This document shows, piece after piece, positions 62,066 to 64,000 of a stretch of DNA of 64,000 nt (position 1 is the first letter of the stretch; each line of letters opens with the position of its first letter). Below the pieces are notes generated by a model. The model was not told the DNA's origin, searched no databases, and saw only the letters and a program-made list of their open reading frames with translations. The position numbers and the translations under genes were made by a program. Source of the stretch: Felis catus (taxonomy: Eukaryota); contig NC_058368.1 in NCBI RefSeq assembly GCF_018350175.1, positions 94,738,001-94,802,000 of the forward strand, read 5' to 3'.

Positions 62066-63379
62066 GAGCATGAACTTTTTAAAAAAACTAATCTGTACGA
62101 ACAGATACTGCACCCTTATTCACAAGCTCCGGATATACTCAGGATTATAGAAAAGTAATAACTCATTAGGACCATTTCATTTTTGGACTGTGCATTGTTA
62201 GTTAATTTCATGATTCCAAGAGGATTCTGCAAATCGTAATCAGGTAATTAGGTTAGCAGGGAACTAATGTGGGTGGAAAAATGAGTTCAGTCTTCATCTG
62301 TCACCATTACAAGTTAAAAATTTGTAATGGAACATGATTACAAGATAACAGTTTCTAATAGACAGTTACTGCCTTAACTCCATGATGAAATTTGTTATTG
62401 TTCCCGCCAGTCTCTAGGACTTAGGATCCCTAAGGGTTGAGAATAGAATCAGGGGTGTCTGATTATGCTGCAGATTTGCAAACGGTGCCTTTCTGGGTGC
62501 CCGTTACATGATACATTCAGCGCCCTTCAGAACATGAAGCAAATGCTGACTTTACCCTTGTGTTTATTTTCCGGAAACAGAGCCTCCAGGTAGCCAATAA
62601 GAAGTATAAATTGTAACTAAATTGTGAAATTAATACTCATTTAGATGCACATAGTGGTCTTCTTTTCCTTGAAGACTGACGTGATGGCACAAGACAGAAA
62701 AAAATGAAACCAACATATGTTTTTAATTACCTTTTTCTTAACACTGTGAATTATATTAGGTTATTTAATTTAGGATGCAGAATGCATGGTAGCTCTTGAA
62801 AGTACACACACATCATCCAAATTTCTGTCTCTGAATACAATAAAGTGATTTTATGAACAAAGGAGAAACCCCAATTTGGGCATTGAGCTCATAGTCTTTA
62901 GAAACCACGCACTGGGAACATGATTTCAATTTAGTGTCTAGTTTACCCGGAATCCCTCAACTGGGATACTAACACATGTTTTGAGAAGTTAAGTAATGCA
63001 GCCATTCTAAATCTGTAATGATAATGCTTCAGTAATCAGATAAGTGCTTATAATTAGAATAAAGAGTAATTTCCAGAAAAAGATAGCATCACCTATAATA
63101 TTTATTACAGAGAAATGCTCCATTTTTTTTTTTAGCTGTCAGTGCTCTTAACATAATTTCTCACTACATTTAAGGAGCTTCTTGTAATCATATTCAAAAC
63201 CTCTTATCTTGCTGATTATATTCAGCAACCATAGCTAAATATTTCAGTACCAGAGCTGAAAATCATAATGACATATCAGCATACACATAATAAATTACAG
63301 TTAATGAATACTCTAAGAGGTGCATTGTGATTGGCTCCAAGTTTGTGATCTGCTCATGCATAGCACATTGTAATTTTTT

Positions 63380-63570
63380 TTAATGTTTATTTTTTAAGAG
63401 AGACAGAGTGCAAGGGGGGAGAGGGGCAGAGAGACAGAGACAGAATCCGAAGCAGGCTCTAGGCTCTGAGCTATTAGCCCAGAGCTGAATATGGGGCTTG
63501 AACCCATGAACTGTGAGATCACGACCTGAGCCAAAGTCAGATGCTTAACCATCTGAGCCACCCAGGAGCC
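63380..63570 (-). mobile_element. CanSINE
   Basis: TSD core TTGTAATTTTT. Confidence 0.95.
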
Positions 63571-64000
63571 CAGAATGTTGTAATTTTTCAGAGGATAGAA
63601 AATGTGGTCGTGAGATGACTGCCATACACTGTTTGTCTACACAAGAATGAAGTAATATTTTAGCCAGAATGCAAAGGGCCCATACAGAAAACAGGTTAAG
63701 TGTCCTCACAGCTGAAATAGTTACCTCTGATTAAGCATTTTGTGACAATATGGCATGGACACTTTGACACCACTTATCTCTTAAATAAAGGTTTCTGGTT
63801 AAAAATGGTTTATTGTTCTCTTGACAGCCAAAATTTGTGGTTTTAGCTAAATATGTGCAAAACCTCAAATCTTCTGATTTCACCAGCTCAGGCAGGACCC
63901 TTCAAGTGTGAAAAGCCATTTTTCAAGCTAACTAGGAAATCAATAGCAAAATTACTGTACTTTGTAGCACACATACATGCTGAATAAACAAGACTTAGGA

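Noticed and set aside
1..64000. Novel multi-gene biological system
   Set aside because: No intact ORFs, operon-like structure, arrays or foreign-composition segment; content is explained by mammalian repeats and unique non-coding DNA.

Overview
Mammalian non-coding DNA, almost certainly from a felid: it carries about 45 tRNA-derived carnivore SINEs (CanSINE/SINEC), three of them of the young CpG-rich cat-type subfamily. I found no recognisable cellular protein-coding exon, RNA gene or prokaryotic-type system. The recognisable ORFs in the supplied track are SINE or LINE read-through, and the rest look like chance ORFs. Other repeats: one end-to-end but dead carnivore LINE-1 (40571-46569, with target-site duplication (TSD), three SINEs inserted), a rearranged L1 (48273-49615), older L1M/HAL1, L2 and MIR fragments, two MaLR LTRs, an ERV1-type solo LTR and a MER58A. 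Between them are AT-rich unique blocks dense in homeodomain motifs, consistent with a large intron or regulatory desert; the host gene is not identifiable. I cannot support a previously undescribed biological system. The best leads are mechanistic: a probably spliced L1 5'UTR (SpIRE-like), a candidate 15-nt microexon at 761-775, a twin-priming-like L1 inversion, an L1-mobilised LTR transcript end, and several tight inverted SINE pairs. Family and subfamily names come from remembered consensus sequences, not a database search, and boundaries of old elements are approximate.
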